A stretch of DNA of 64,000 nucleotides from Chlorokybus atmophyticus (GCA_009103225.1 RHPI01001507.1:1-64000); one strand, 5' to 3'; positions 24,201 through 38,790 are shown, counted from the stretch's first letter. Made by a program: numbers and translations. Notes: generated by a model not told the origin, from the letters alone.

Positions 24201-24850
24201 CAATTAGTAAAATGCTGCGCGGACTTTCATGGACACATATGAATTGTATGGGCGGCAGGGGCCTTGCAATGCAGCTGTTTCCGTACAATCCAAATGTGGT
24301 TGTTCGGATGTTATGCGAGTTGAGAGACGCTGTAAGCGGTTAGCAACCGAATCGGCAATGCAGAGCGTGGCACATCGACGATGTCAATATGGGGGAGGTT
24401 TTTAATTTGCTGAAATGGCGTGTTAGATCATTTGTTGTTCCGTTGGCAGCAAGAATTTCGTATAGCAATCTCATCAGCTCTGCACTGTCTTGCAGCATAA
24501 TGGCAAGAAACATTTTCAGAGTTTAATTAATCGCCAAAGAAGCTTGAGACGCGTCACAAGTGCGACGGGGCGGCTGTGCTACTTAGGACCACCAAGCATT
24601 GAGGCGAACGCTGCACCGGCGTCAGCACGAGCGGGTGCTGGGCGTGATCGTGGTGACGAGGGTAGCGAACAGCAGCAACCGCGAGACGACAACATCGCAT
24701 TGACGCTGAGGTGGTGATGTGTGCGGTGCGTAGGGACGTATGCTGCGGGACATGTGAGGTGTGAGAGGTGTGGTGATAATGAGCAACGTGCGTTGCGACG
24801 GCACTAATGTACATTTGTGTATGAAAGATTACCAATGTTACGTGCAAGGG
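21290..24850 (+). pseudogene. mTERF-like helical-repeat gene, copy B
   Basis: Same exon series as the other copies. One exon reads SEIEQNAMAQIWHGISFSLCRMET*VRHGRSRSIFRKHTEIKRQIHE|gtatgc with an in-frame stop. Downstream ...GGGGCCTTGCAATGC... (RGLAM) block is present. Boundaries are approximate. Confidence 0.65.
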
Positions 24851-25409
24851 CCATTAAGACACAGCCCGCGTGGGTGATTACTGCATGCATGCTTCGTATG
24901 ACTAACATGGTGGGCTAATAGGTAGACATTAGACTTAGTGCTAGCCCGACGGTGAGCTACATCATGATTGCATGGCAGTGTGCTTGTGAGCACACTATAC
25001 ATTCGGACTTGATGGCATGCCTTGTTGTACACTACGCATGCGGAATGAATGGCATACCCCATTTGTATACTAGCATCGAGCACATCACATAGCCACATAA
25101 CTTAAGTAAGGCATGGGCAAAAATTTCCAAACATGTGCTCGTAGCCTCATTGCATGCAAGTGCATTGAAGCGCAGTAGAGCACTGTCAATAGGCGGTCGC
25201 ACCATTATACCAGTCAACCGTCGAGTAGTACATCAGCTTGGGCCAGAATTGTTGGCAGTAATAGCCAAGATTGATTGGCAAGGAAAGTCAGCAAAAACAA
25301 GGGGAGGGGCGATGGTAAACCATACTGTATTGTGTTGTGCCAATTAGTGTTGCCAAGGTGAATATGTCACACATACAAGTCTTACCAAAACCTGTATGTG
25401 TGACACATT

Positions 25410-28400
25410 GCGTAGCGCACAATGACGCTGGCTGTGGCAGCTCTGGCGACGCGAGCACGAGACATCATTACTAATTGGCGAACTACAACCAAGTTAGCAA
25501 GTCACGCACGCAAGAGGTTGGAAGAGACTTCCAGCAAGTTTAAGTGGATACTACAACAGCAGCTGTCAGCGCCCTGCAACCAGAAGTGCGTGGCAAGCTG
25601 CGGTTGACAATGCACATGTACATTATTCGCCACGCAAGGCCACAATGTCTCGCAGCTTGGCTACAGCTGTAAGAAGCAGTGGCTCTGCAAGCAGTGTTGC
25701 AATATACTGGCACTACCAGCACATTGCTGCAATCTGAGAGCTTGAAGTGTCAGCTACCAAGCTGCAACGTCAAGCTCTCCTAGTGCAGCGGGGTGGCGAT
25801 CACTACTCACAGGCATGCTAACTTAATCTTACCGGACACAATACGCTAAGAACAGAATGCTGACGCTTGTGCCTGGGCAGAGGCAGCGCAGAGCAGACAA
25901 GGGTACGAAGCGCTGTTCCAGCCGCTGCCAACAGCATACCACTAAGTGAACGGTGCTATTAACGCAGCTGCTGCTTGTAGCCCGCACCACACTCTGCGCA
26001 AGCTGCTTCCTCCTCCGCCCGCTCCTGAGGGCAATGGCCATACCAGCTACTCCCAAGCGGCGGCATGCTTGACGCCACCTCCCACACCATCCGACACCAG
26101 CTGCCGCAGCAACCACCGCCACCGCTTATGCCCGGTTAACGCCACTAACATGTGATAGCAAGCATGCTGCTGCTGCTGTGTTGTTAGCAGCGTCGGTGTT
26201 GTGGGCGGCGTTGGCGTTGGCGGGAGGCAAGCATGTCATCCACCTGGCTGTGGGTGTGATGAACGCTACGGGCATGCCCAGCGGGGGCGGCGCTGAATGA
26301 GGCCCGCAGGCATGCAGGGCCTGCCTTAATGATAGCGGACAGCTGCAGCAGCAGCAACATAACCAGGCAATCTTTAGTTCAGTGGTATGCTATGCAACCG
26401 GAATTGCTGCTGTCACTACTGTGGCATGCTTGAGTAATTTAGTTGCGCAGGTCGAAGTGCTTGTGTGACACGCAGTTTGCGAGGCATTGCGTGACGAATG
26501 CAGCTTACATACATGTCTTGTATGCTGCATGTGTCGCAAGTCAACAGACCAGCTAACTTGTTAGCTTATGTTTGTCAATCCTATTTGCATGCAGCGCTAT
26601 TGTTGCGCACTTGAAGGCAGTTCGACGAGTGGTCTCTTACAGTCAATACACTTTGCTGCATGCGAGTGTTGTTGCAACAGACTGCGGCCTTTCCTGCTGT
26701 GACACGCTGTACTGCACTGCCTATTGCATGTTATTTGCTTTTCCTCTTAACTTGCGAGCTCTCGGAGTAGACCTCCTGACCAAGCTTCGCGGATCAGTCG
26801 ATGGGCAAGGCCACTGCAGTGGAGTGCAATTCACGTAACACAATTGTAAGTTGCTCACTTGTGTTTCTCTGCAGCACATTCACGCCCTGCATGGATTAGC
26901 TAGTTGGTCCGCTGCAATTGGGAAGCTGCAGCTCACCTTCTGCGAACACTTCCAACATACGAGCAACCTGCCTCATCCGGCACGCTCCGTGCAGCTTGTC
27001 AAAGATCAAGCCTAGTAGAAACCAACAAGCCTTGCTGAGCAAAAGCCAATTGCTTGTTGCAAACTCAATTTTTGCCAACCAATTAGTGTGTGGCTTGATG
27101 CTGATTGTCTCGATGTTGCTTGTTTGCAGTGCCGTTGCCGGCGTTGTCGTGTGCACATGGCCACAACGACAAACAAAAATGCCACAGTCAGAGTCGCAAC
27201 ACTGCGGTTGTACCACTCCATATACAAGTGAGCAGTTGCACGGTATTGTCACACCATGTGCCTTCGTGCTCGTGCACTGTTTGCCCAATGTCGGCACAGC
27301 TCACAACAAGTTCTTAATTTTCAGCAGGCACAGACATCGCATCAATGTTGCATAACAATTGCACATGACATGCAGCACAACTCTTAATGACAAGGCTAAG
27401 AGCAACACGGTGAGCTGCTTGGCGTGAGCAGTATCGCTGATAGAAAATGGCCCCCCAACAGTTTAGCTTTGACCACAACTTGGTTATACATTCAGCTATA
27501 ACTTAGTTGGGTATCCAGTAGCAACCAAGGTACTGGTTTCTACCTCTTTTCCTACCTTAGTCACAACTTAGTTTAATATCCAGCAATTATTAAGGAAGTA
27601 GTTAGTGTGCATTAAGTTCGGTATCCGTCTTTCCTTGAAATTAAATATAGCCACTTCCTTTAATATTAGGTTACATCACGCATTAAGAGGATTAATCTTA
27701 ATGCGATATTATGGCCGCAATCCGCGGCAAAAACCCAAATATGCAGTATTGACATTGGTTTTACACTAGCGATAATCGAATCTGCGCGAAAAAGTTTGCC
27801 GAGGTTAATAATGAACGACCCAACACCTACGCATTGACTAGCTAGACCACGACGACATGAGACGCGAAAAAAGGTGATTGCTAAGCAAACATCTTACTAC
27901 TGGCTCCGTCAGTTGTCTAACGTGCCCGATGTATTGCATTCATGTTTACGCAATGCATGTGTCACGCGACACACGCACGACGGTTGCATACAGAAGCATT
28001 ACCGGTAAACAGTACTGACAGGAGTATACAGTTGTTTATTATAATATATTATGTGCATACGTAACGATATAAAAAGACATGTTACATGTGTATACTATGC
28101 GAATTACTGTAGGCACAGCGATAAACAACTTATTTTAATGGAACAGCTAAACACCGGTAGGTGTTAAAATAAGTTGTTGGTCTGCGGTTGGCATGGGGAC
28201 TTGGACCTGAGTTAGCGACGCTAAGCATCCAGATACAGCATTTGTTGTAGGGCAGGATGTTGCCATAAACTCCTTGTATCACCCACCACTAGCAGTTTGC
28301 GCCGGTGCATTGATGATTGATAGAGTGGTCAATGACCACTGTTCATAGTATGCTGCGTCATAAGTCAAGTACCAGGTAGGCCGCGGGCACGCCTGTAAAT

Positions 28401-30170
28401 ACTGAAGCACCTACAGGCAAGTTTGGACCGGCGATAAACTGATGATCAGGTGGCAAATGATTTACAGCAGTTATAATAGTGCGGTGTAGCGACCGACGTT
28501 ACAACTTTATGACTGCTAGATTCATGCATTAATAACTAAATCAATCACGGTCGCAACAAGGATTTGTATTGGCCATTGTTTTTACCTCAATGCGTTGTAA
28601 CATAAACACCATGTTTTTAACGGCGTAAGGAAAGTGGTCAATATATCAATAGACATTTGTACAGGTATTGGTCACGATCATGTTTGTTGACAATTGCAAC
28701 GCCCGGTCCCCAATGTTGTTGCAAATCTAATACAGACTATGCGACCGGCCAATGGCCGCTTGTGACAGTATTTAACTTGTATAAGAATCTAGCTATAAAT
28801 CAATTAAGGATCTTGGAAATCCCTAACAAACTTTGCACGGAATCTCAAATGAAGTTGGGGATCCAGCCTGACTTGCCGAAACCCATTTTTACCAGTGTAT
28901 ATTGATGTTGTCAACCTCAACTTTTAGGTATTTTGTTAACTGGTATATCTGCTTTTGCACAATTTGCCAGCAAGATAGAGGGGGGGCCAGCCTTTGCCCG
29001 CATGGTCAGAAAACGAGCAAAACGCTATGCGCCAGTTCTGGCAGGGTTTGTCTCTTCCATCGCAACGAGTGGATACATTGTAGAGATTAGGGAGGAGAAG
29101 GTCCGTGTTCCGCAACCGCAGCGAGCATGAACGACAAAAACGAGGTATGCTGAACAATTGAACTTCAACACTTCTTGATAGTGATTAGTATACCTGTCCC
29201 CACAGATGCACAAGTTGTTTCCTTGTGCAATCACGATAAAAATGGCCACACCTGAACTAAACTTTTGAAGTGTGATGCTGAGGGTTTCGCATCAAACATG
29301 TTGGAGCTGAAAGCACTGTCGAGCATAAGTGACGATGAACTTGTCACCATGCTGCACTACAATCCTGTTCTTCTGGCACTGTCATTGGACATTGTGGCTG
29401 AGAAATTTGCTTTGATTAATGGGCTTTTTTTGCAACTGACCGTGCACAAATGGTCCATCTGCTTAACTGCCCGGACTTGCTTTACCGCACTGCTTTCTTG
29501 AGCAGCAAGCTTCAGACTTTCGTAGACATATCTGAGTCTTATTACCCAGGCAGCAGGGGCCTTGCAATGCGGCTTTTTTTGAGCAATCCAAGGGTGGTTG
29601 TTCGGATGTGGCGTGAGGGCGTTGAGTGGTTAAGAAGCGACTTCAGCATTGTGGAGCGCAGCACGTTGACATTGCCAACTTTGCGGCAGGCTTTAACTCG
29701 CGCGAATAGCGTGTTAGACCGCGTTGTTCGGTCAGCAGCATGAAATTCAAATGACAGCTTTATACTCTTTGAATTGTTCCGCAACCCCATGGTGAGAAAG
29801 GCTTTCAAAGTTTGGTCAATAGCAAAAGAAGCTTAAAAAGGAGCGCCACAAGTGCAGCGGCGCCGGTGCCGCCGGGACTGCCAACCATTAAGGCGGATGC
29901 TGCAATGGCATTGGTATGAGCGGGTTGCTGGCGTCATTGACCACTCTTCATGTGATAAGAGAAGCAAGGGATCGGCTGCAACATCAATTGGACGATGGCG
30001 GGGTGACGTTGAGGGTGGTGTGATGTGTGCAATATTTCAAAGATGTATGATGTGCAACATGTGTGGTGTGAGATATGTTATGTGATAGCGAGCGGCGTGC
30101 ATTATGGCAGTGCTAATGTACATTTGTGTGTAAAGGATGAACAATGTCGTTGCAAGTGCAAGCGCTTGCT
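25410..30170 (+). pseudogene. mTERF-like helical-repeat gene, copy C (best-preserved C-terminal exon; CACTA inserted in an intron)
   Basis: 29265-29743 reads ...MLELKALSSISDDELVTMLHYNPVLLALSLDIVAEKFALINGLF / MVHLLNCPDLLYR...SSKLQTFVDISESYYPGSRGLAMRLFLSNPRVVVRM...LDRVVRSAA*. It contains a frameshift, and the preceding exon has an in-frame TAG. Confidence 0.7.
27435..28897. mobile_element. Non-autonomous CACTA/EnSpm element (1463 bp, AT-rich, no ORF recognised)
   Basis: Left end CGCTGATAGAAAATGG; right end reverse complement CACTGGTAAAAATGG, a CACTG-type TIR. 3-bp TSD TAT at 27432-34 and 28898-900. The flanks rejoin into the intron seen uninterrupted in copies D and E. Confidence 0.8.
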
Positions 30171-31318
30171 AACACCTAGCTCAGTCACACAACTTGCTGT
30201 AGGGTAGGGGCAACATCTGTGTTGGGTTTAAGATTTTCATGGGGACTTGGTAGTTGTTCTTTCCTATTAGGCTATGGTCATCAAGCTAAAGGATCACAAT
30301 GACCACGAATTTGCACCCGGTGCCACAACAGGTTGTGTTTGCAACTTGAACCCATGATGTGCCCACTAGCAGGCACAAAGGGTAGCAAGCGTCGCAGCAA
30401 TGGCAGCGGTTGGTACAAGTTTCTGCAATTAAACTTGTGTCGTGCGGCACGGTAATGGCACAAGTTCTTCGTTTTGCGGCGATTGACGCTGAATTGCGGC
30501 GCTGGCTGCCTTCTTCACCATCACACGAGCTCAACATGCCAAAAGCTTATCACGAGCAGTAACAATGATGTAAGCCCGCATAATAGGGGGATTTCGGGAG
30601 TTTTAACAACGTATGACGTCTACCATACCAGTTGTTACTAAGTTTGGGGATATGGTTGCTACCACAATTGCCTTATTGATCGTAATGACCACAATAATCA
30701 ACTACCATAGCCTGACTTGCAATGTCTGAGCCAGGCTTGAACTATAATAGCAGGCAACACTTTTGTCTTATGCGACGACATGTGCATTGCTTATGTCGTA
30801 AAGTATAACACGAGATGGGCCATCAGTACTTTGTTACGCTTTTATTAATGCGATGTACTAACCACTCTTGGTTAAGTCGCCGCCGTATCGATTTCGTTTA
30901 TTGGTCCATTGAAATTACACCTACGGTTGATTGAAGTATTATTGCAACACGGGTCGGTGTAAGCTCAAGGCAATAGACATGGTAATGACAACAAAGCGCT
31001 ACGCGCGCACACACGTGTGTACACAGCAACTTTTGCAATGATGTTAACGAATTGAATAAGCACAAGTGATATGATGCACATCATTAAACTCTTATCAATC
31101 GCACAAAATAGTGTATCTTGGAACTTACACACTGAATATCAATGTAACCAACATTGCACACACAATCTATTAGCATAATTTAACGTTTAAAAGCATTCAC
31201 TGAATTGCGTGTTATTCGTAATCACATAATCAAGCAACCACTAAGTTAGCTTTGTACCATGCTTAAACATTTAACGATTTATCGTATTTACCGGTTCACA
31301 ATGCCCCCCTATCAACAT

Positions 31319-31395
<77 letters not shown>

Positions 31396-31847
31396 NTACG
31401 CTGATTAACTGTGTGCGACCGTCTGTAACGTAATCCATTACGAAAAAATGTGTAACACGACAGTAACTCAAGTTTAACTTATTGCAACTTATGCATAACC
31501 GTGAAGCAAGGAGGGCATTATATACGAGAAGAGGGCATAATACAGCCTAGCAATGTGGCCCCCTTAAAATTTCTGAAGGGGGGGGGGGGGGGGGNGGGGG
31601 GGTGTAATAGGAGGGCACACATGACTGGTAAATACGGTTCATAGTTACATAACTTCAACATGTAAAAGTGATAATGTCTATTGCATTTGAAATGTTGAAA
31701 TGTTACTTGCGACTGCATTTAATGATCACATACAGGATAGGCTATACAAAGGATGCACACATAAAGCGTACGACTACAACCTGTACGCTTGTATGCAGAC
31801 TGCGCTGTGTATTATATAAAGTAGTAATATGATTGATAAATGAGGAA

Positions 31848-32408
<561 letters not shown>

Positions 32409-33688
32409 CTTTGTACCGCGCCGCTGCCCGATGTCTGACATCCTCTCCCTGCTCCGCAACCCCAAATAATATCATCACCGCGCAAAAGTAAAGTAAAAAC
32501 AAAATCAAACCGTCTAGACCGCAAGCAGAGAGATCCCCTCTCCCGCGGTTTCTCTGCCCTGACTGCGTCGCCCCTCCGCGCGTCAACCCCGCCTGTCAAC
32601 ACCGCGAGACCCCAATCGCGCCGCGCACCGCACCGCAACTCCACGACAAGATCCCGCGCACGGGCATCGCAACTCCCGTAGTCAAACCAACAGTAATAAA
32701 AAATTGGCGAAAAACTCGAGTGATGTCATAACCTTACCAGATGATACGATGAACCAAGCAGGCGCCAAAGCGACACAAACACAACATAACATAATATCTC
32801 TCTGGACGCCATTGTGGGCATTTTTTTTGGGGTCAGCCTGCTTGCCATATGCCGGTTTACCAGAACATAGCTCCGTACGACTATTATCCATTCCAGGCTG
32901 AGGCGTAGTGGCGGCGGCGGCGGCGGCAGCGGCGGTGTGGCTGTGGGCGTGGGCGTGGTGATCGGCGTCGGTGGTAAGGGGCTGTTGCAGAGAGGCGAGG
33001 TTTGAGCAAAGAAGGCCGGTTGGAAGGGGCAGGGGAGTCCCTGTAAGTGATCAGCCCTGTCAGAGTTGCTGGGACTGGTTAGGGAATATTATCATTTCTG
33101 TGCAAGCATACCAGCTGGCGAGCAAGCGAGTAAGTGTATGGCACTGCTGAATCTGTACGGCTGTCACTTATGTTCGCAGCGATTTGTGCCTGGCATGGTC
33201 GAGTCATAGCAATGCATGCATCACACAAGTGACAAACCCAACCTGTTCACTGACGTATAGCTCTGTCGATTGCAGTCGGGGGCGGCCTCCTCCTTCTCCT
33301 CCTCAGCGTGGTCGTAGTCGTCGTTCAGTGATTTGGCTGCCCTTTGACTGGAGCACTTGTTACCTGGCTGGCTGCCATGGCTGGATGGGTGGGCGGGCAG
33401 ACACTTTGGTAGATAGTAACAGGGCCACAAGCGCTAGTTAGGTTTTTGTGGTTATTAGTCTGAGAGTTGGGGCCTAGTGATTAGGGTTGCGACCTGAGTT
33501 TGTGGCCATCCATACAAAGCTGCAAGCAACCAAGCAAGCCAACAGGTAAATAGGTCTTGTGCGTGTATATGTATGCGTGCGCAAGCGTGTGCATATACGT
33601 GTGTGCGCGCATGTGTGCATACAAGAGAAGGCTCACACATGTGCATTGCGCCGACCGCAGGGGCCTCGTAGTCTTGTTTAGTGGAGCA

Positions 33689-35183
33689 ATGGCCGCAATG
33701 ATGCCGGCAGCGGCCCTCATAGCATCCCCCGAACCAACCGCGCCAGACACTCCCTCATCTTACCACATCCACTCCTCCCACCAGGTAATGCATTCAGCCA
33801 CAGAAGCACAAGTCTATGCACGCACACTCACAACAAACACATGCGTGTGTGCACACCTCTTGGGCACATACACACGCATGTTCACACAGACATACTCACA
33901 CTCATACACACACAACAACTCACTTTACTCCATGAATGCAGTATGCGGCTGGGCGTCGTTCTCCTCCCATCATCCTCACGCCCTCCTCGTTCATCGACAC
34001 TCCCGCCACGGGTTCGACAGCCACGTCCACCATCACATCCACAGTCACATCCGACAACACCAACACGCCTCTTCGGCCGCACTTGCGCCTCCCCGAGCGC
34101 TGCCTCCTTCGCTCCCGCAACAACAACTCCAACAATCCCAACCACAACATCGACAACCACCATCACGCTCTCCAACACAACGCACCCTCCACGCCCACAA
34201 CCTACATGTCCCACAGCACCACCATCCCCCCCATCCCCCGCACAACAACGAACACAGCTTCGCCACACGTCCACATCCCCCTCCCCCCCTCCCCCCCCAC
34301 TCCCCCCCTCACCTCCCCCACCTTTGACACACATTTGACACACGAAGCCCGTCTCACCCTCATGTCTGAAGCCCTACGTGGCGTGCGTCGCGCTGCGTTG
34401 GAGAGGTGTAAAGCCCTCGCGGGTGAGGTGAGGGTTGCGCGTGAGCGTGCGTCGAGGGCGGAAGCGGAGGCGAGGAGGGCCAAAGAGGCGGATAGGGCCA
34501 GACATATGGCGGAGATGGCGGCGAGACTTGAGGAAGAGAGGGCGCAACAGGCGGAGATACACGCGCTGAGAGCGGCGGACAGAGCGGAACGCACACGCGC
34601 AGACCTGGAAGCAACCAAGGTAGGGGTCATAGCACTGACGCACTTCCATTGCTTGGGTCCAGCCGTGTGTGTATGCGTATACACCCTGTTAGCCGTGCAC
34701 AGGCAGCTACCCAATGCGTGTGTGCACAAGTGTGGACATACAGGCACACACAAGGACGTACTCCCACTGCACGTGCACACATGCACGCGCGGGCATGTGC
34801 ATGCTTGGCCATGACTATGTGCATTTGCTCATGCTTATGAACACTTGGGCAGACGAATGTATGCACACATACACCCGCACAAGTGTGCTTAGACACGCCA
34901 CCACGTACTTACACTCATTCTCATGCAGGAGGAGTTGCGTCGTGCGATGGGTACGATCAAGTCCCTCGAGGAGTACGCTCGCGGTTTGGCTCAGCAGGCT
35001 GCCGACGCTGAGGCGCGCGCCGCCCACGCCGCCAGCGAGAATGCAGACCTGAGGAAAGAACTCGCTTCCCTCCGACGCCTTCGCACAACAACAACAACGC
35101 TCAAGTTGGACACGTCCTCGTGCGGGGCTATTAGTCAAGATGCGTGCTGCTCGCCACTCGCTTCGCCCACGGCAGCCACCGCG
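33689..35183 (+). CDS. Hypothetical protein with an S/T/P/H-rich N-terminal half and a C-terminal coiled coil (3' end uncertain)
   Basis: Phase-0 exons at 33689-33784, 33942-34619 and 34929-35183, all GT-AG and in frame (…RASRAEAEARRAKEADRARHMAEMAARLEEERAQQ…; EELRRAMGTIKSLEEYARGLAQQAADAEARA…). Possible upstream exons at 32.9-33.4 kb. The last exon may be cag|TGA at 35268 or lie further downstream. Confidence 0.65.
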
Positions 35184-36201
35184 GTGAGTGTTGTGGTTGG
35201 GTATTTGATGTGGGGATGTAGTGTTGTTGTTGTTGTGTTGTGCTTATGATATTGTGTCATTTGGCAGTGAGATGGCGTTCCAATGTTCTGGGTGAAGGGC
35301 AAACCACATATACATATACACAAATTAAGATGTAACAGGGAGGAAGAATTGTTTCACGCGAGGCGTGGTGCGTGTTGTTGGCGTGCGCCCCCCTACACAG
35401 GTTACCGTGTACATTATCCTATCTTATACTGCACCCTTTGTAGTGCTGGTAGCGACAAAGTAGGAACACAAACTCAGTCGTTATTAGAAATAATGTAATA
35501 TAGGTTTGTGTCCTAGGCAATAATCAAATATACAATGCCAGTTTGTGATGGTTGGTTTTTGCGGTGGTTGATTGACATAGCATGCATGCAACACTGTGTG
35601 CTTGATGCACGCAATCAGGCAACTGCTGGTTATATTAACTGGATCTGTTGTTACACAAGGTCAAGTTTTTGTCACGACAATCCCTTGTCTTTGCTATACT
35701 GATGTACTTGTGTGTGTGCTCTACCATTATGCGCCATCATTGCTCATTGATGATGCATGGTTGTCACACCGTTGCTGGGTGGCGCGAGCTTGGGCCTTAG
35801 TATATAGTCAAATGTACATGGTGTGTTCTGAGCATGATGTGTGCTGCTCATGTGTAAACAAACACTGCATCAACTACATGGACATCACCATACGGTATGC
35901 TGCCCACCACGACCCTTCACTTGCAGAGCCAACCCCTGCCTGCTCTTACGATCCTTTACTTTGCTGCTCGAAACCCTGGGGATGTGTGTGCTGTTGTGGG
36001 TGTCAAAGCACATAAGACTGAGGACGGTATGCGATTCACATAAAGCAAACAACACTTGATTTTGCAAATGCCCAGACACGTACCACACGCCTGAGAGGTC
36101 GAAACACGGCTGCGCGCATACAGTCAACTGCACCGAATGAGGGCATGCTGTCCATACAGTACTATTACATACAGCCCACACCCCCAGATGCACGCATGCA
36201 G

Positions 36202-38790
36202 CTACGAGTCTGCTGCAGCAGCTGCGGCTGCTGCTTTAAGCGTGGCCGACCCAAGGAAGAACGCCTGCATGAACTCGTCGAGCTCACCGTCGAGGACCGC
36301 TTTGGGGTCTGTGTGAACAAACCCCGTGCGCGCGTCCTTCACCTGTGGTGTGAGGTGTGTGTAATGTGTATGTGGTGTGAATACATGTTGCGATTCACAT
36401 GTAGATACATACATAAGTTGTGAGTGCACATCTACCAATAGGTGTGCAGTAGTGTGTAGTAGCGACAATGCGTGTAGCTACATATGTCAGCACGTATGTG
36501 TGGTGCCGGTACAAATGTGCAACGGCATATGTTGTGGAGTTGTTCTATACTCTCACCTGCTGGTACGGCGCGAGCACGTACGAGCGTATCTGCACCCCGC
36601 CCCACGCAGCGTCCGCCACCCCCGTGCGGAAAGACGCCACCTCGTCCGCGCGACGACGGGCCTCCAGAGCCATCAGACGAGCGCGAAGCATCGACATGGC
36701 AGTCGACTTGTTCAGGTACTGAGACCTGCCGGAGGGAAGTGAGTGGGTGGGTGTTGTGCGTGTGCGTGGATGAGTGCATGCGTGCATGTGTGCGTGTACA
36801 TTTGTGTGAGTGTGCGTGCACGTGCATGTATGTGCATGTGCGCATACGTGGGCGAGTGTAGCTACGTCCGCACACCCACGCACACGCGCGCGAACACGCA
36901 CGCACGTCCCCCCCCCCCCCGCCCNNNNNNNNNNNNNNNNNNNNNNNNNNNNNNNNNNNNNNNNNNNNNNNNNNNNNNNNNNNNNNNNNCCCCTCACCCC
37001 TCACCCTCACCCACCCACACACCCACACACACAGACACACACATGAATGAATCTCCCTCCTCCTCACCTTTCATTCTGGCACTGCGTGACAATCCCCGTC
37101 GGCAAGTGCGTGATCCTCACCGCCGAGTCCGTCGTATTCACATGCTGTCCCCCCGCCCCCGACGAGTGGAACGTGTCGACGCGCAAGTCCTTCGCGTTGA
37201 TCTGAACCGCGTCGCTATCGGACTCATCGAAGACCGGATAGGCCGTCACCGATGCGAAGGAGGTGTGGCGACGCTTCGCAGAGTCGAAAGGGGAGATGCG
37301 GACGAGGCGGTGGACGCCAACCTGGACGTGGGTGGGCGAGTGTACGTGTTTACGCGTGTGCGTGTGTGTGCATGTGCGTGGGCAGGTGTGCATAAGTGCC
37401 TCGCGTGTGCACGCACGCGTGTGAGCAAATGTCGGCAATATGCCCATGAGTCTGTGCACGCTCACCTTTACTATGTGTACATGTGCACGCGCTCGCACAT
37501 GCACACATGCGCATGTGTATGTGTATCTGTGCACGCGCTCATGTGTGTGTGCGCGTGTGCACGAATCTGTGCACGCCCACCTCGCTGCGCAAATGCCCGA
37601 ATGCGTGGGTCTTGCGTGCCCCTTCGACACGTATGACCGCGCTGCGGTACCCCGCCTCCTCCCCACGCGATACGTCCACGACGCGCGTGCTGTCGTACCC
37701 GCTCTTCTGAGCCCACATAGTGTACATACGCACCAGCATCGCGCACCAGTCCATGCTGTCCACACCGCCCGCACCCGCCTGGACCTGCGCGCGCGTGTAC
37801 ATGTGTGTCACGTGCACATACACACATGCATCCGCATGTACATATGTGCGTATACATGCATGTGCATGTGGGTGTGTGCGTGCGCATGCATGTGTGCACA
37901 CATGAACAAGTAAAGCCAGTACACAAACTGGTTCACCCCAACAACATCACACCTCCACCCCACCCTCTCACCTCCAGGAAGCACGCCCCCCTGTCGTGCG
38001 TCCCGTCCATGACCGCCGCGATCTGCTGTCTGGCGGCGTCCCGTCTCAGCGCGGAGATCTCGCGGGCGGCTTCCAGCTCGAGAGCGTGGTCGCGCTCCTC
38101 GCGGGCGGCGAGAAGGAGACACGTCCAGTCTGACAAAGAAGTCTGGGATGGAGTTAAGAGGGGGAAGGACACGCATACGTGCCCACACGCGTGTATGTGC
38201 GCGCGTGTGCGTGTATACGTGCACATGAACACATGCGCACATGCGGGCACAGTACACACTGCACCGCATGCATGCGTACACACGTACACGTGCATATACA
38301 CACGTGCACACACGCACACCTGCGTGTGTGCACGTGTGCACACGTACACTTGCAACCATTACACACGTGCATGCGCGCGTGTGTGCGTATACATGTATAC
38401 GGTTGCATACAACATACACGCGCTCATCTACGGAAATGCGTATGCATGTGCATGGTACACATGCATGCGTGTGATAACATGCGTATACCTCTAGGTTTGT
38501 GATGTCTTCTATCTGCGCCGCTATCTCCCCCCTCTCCCTCGACAGAGCTGCCGCCCGCGCCGAGTCGTCCCAGCTGTCCGGCTGAGTCAACATGTGGTCC
38601 AACTCCGAAACACGACGCACAGCAGCATCCCACTATTTGAGAGAAATAGTTGGTGACTGTGTGAAATGAGAGAAGAGTTGATCCAATGTACTTACATCGA
38701 GTTTGGCTTTGATTACTGCGATGGCCTTCTCCACCTCGGCGGCCTCCTCCTTCCAGTCATTGTTGCTGATGAGCGGGGCGGCGGATGGAA

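Noticed and set aside
23200-28450. CTGATGA motifs (near 23204 and 28439) as possible hammerhead ribozyme cores
   Set aside because: I found no suitably placed GAAA or flanking stems.
36743-38494. Many overlapping C/V/H/T/A-rich ORFs on both strands (also 9.9-11.8 kb, 15.5-15.9 kb and 50.0-50.6 kb)
   Set aside because: They arise from stop-poor alternating purine-pyrimidine intron repeats. The real exons are accounted for by prfB and the transposase.
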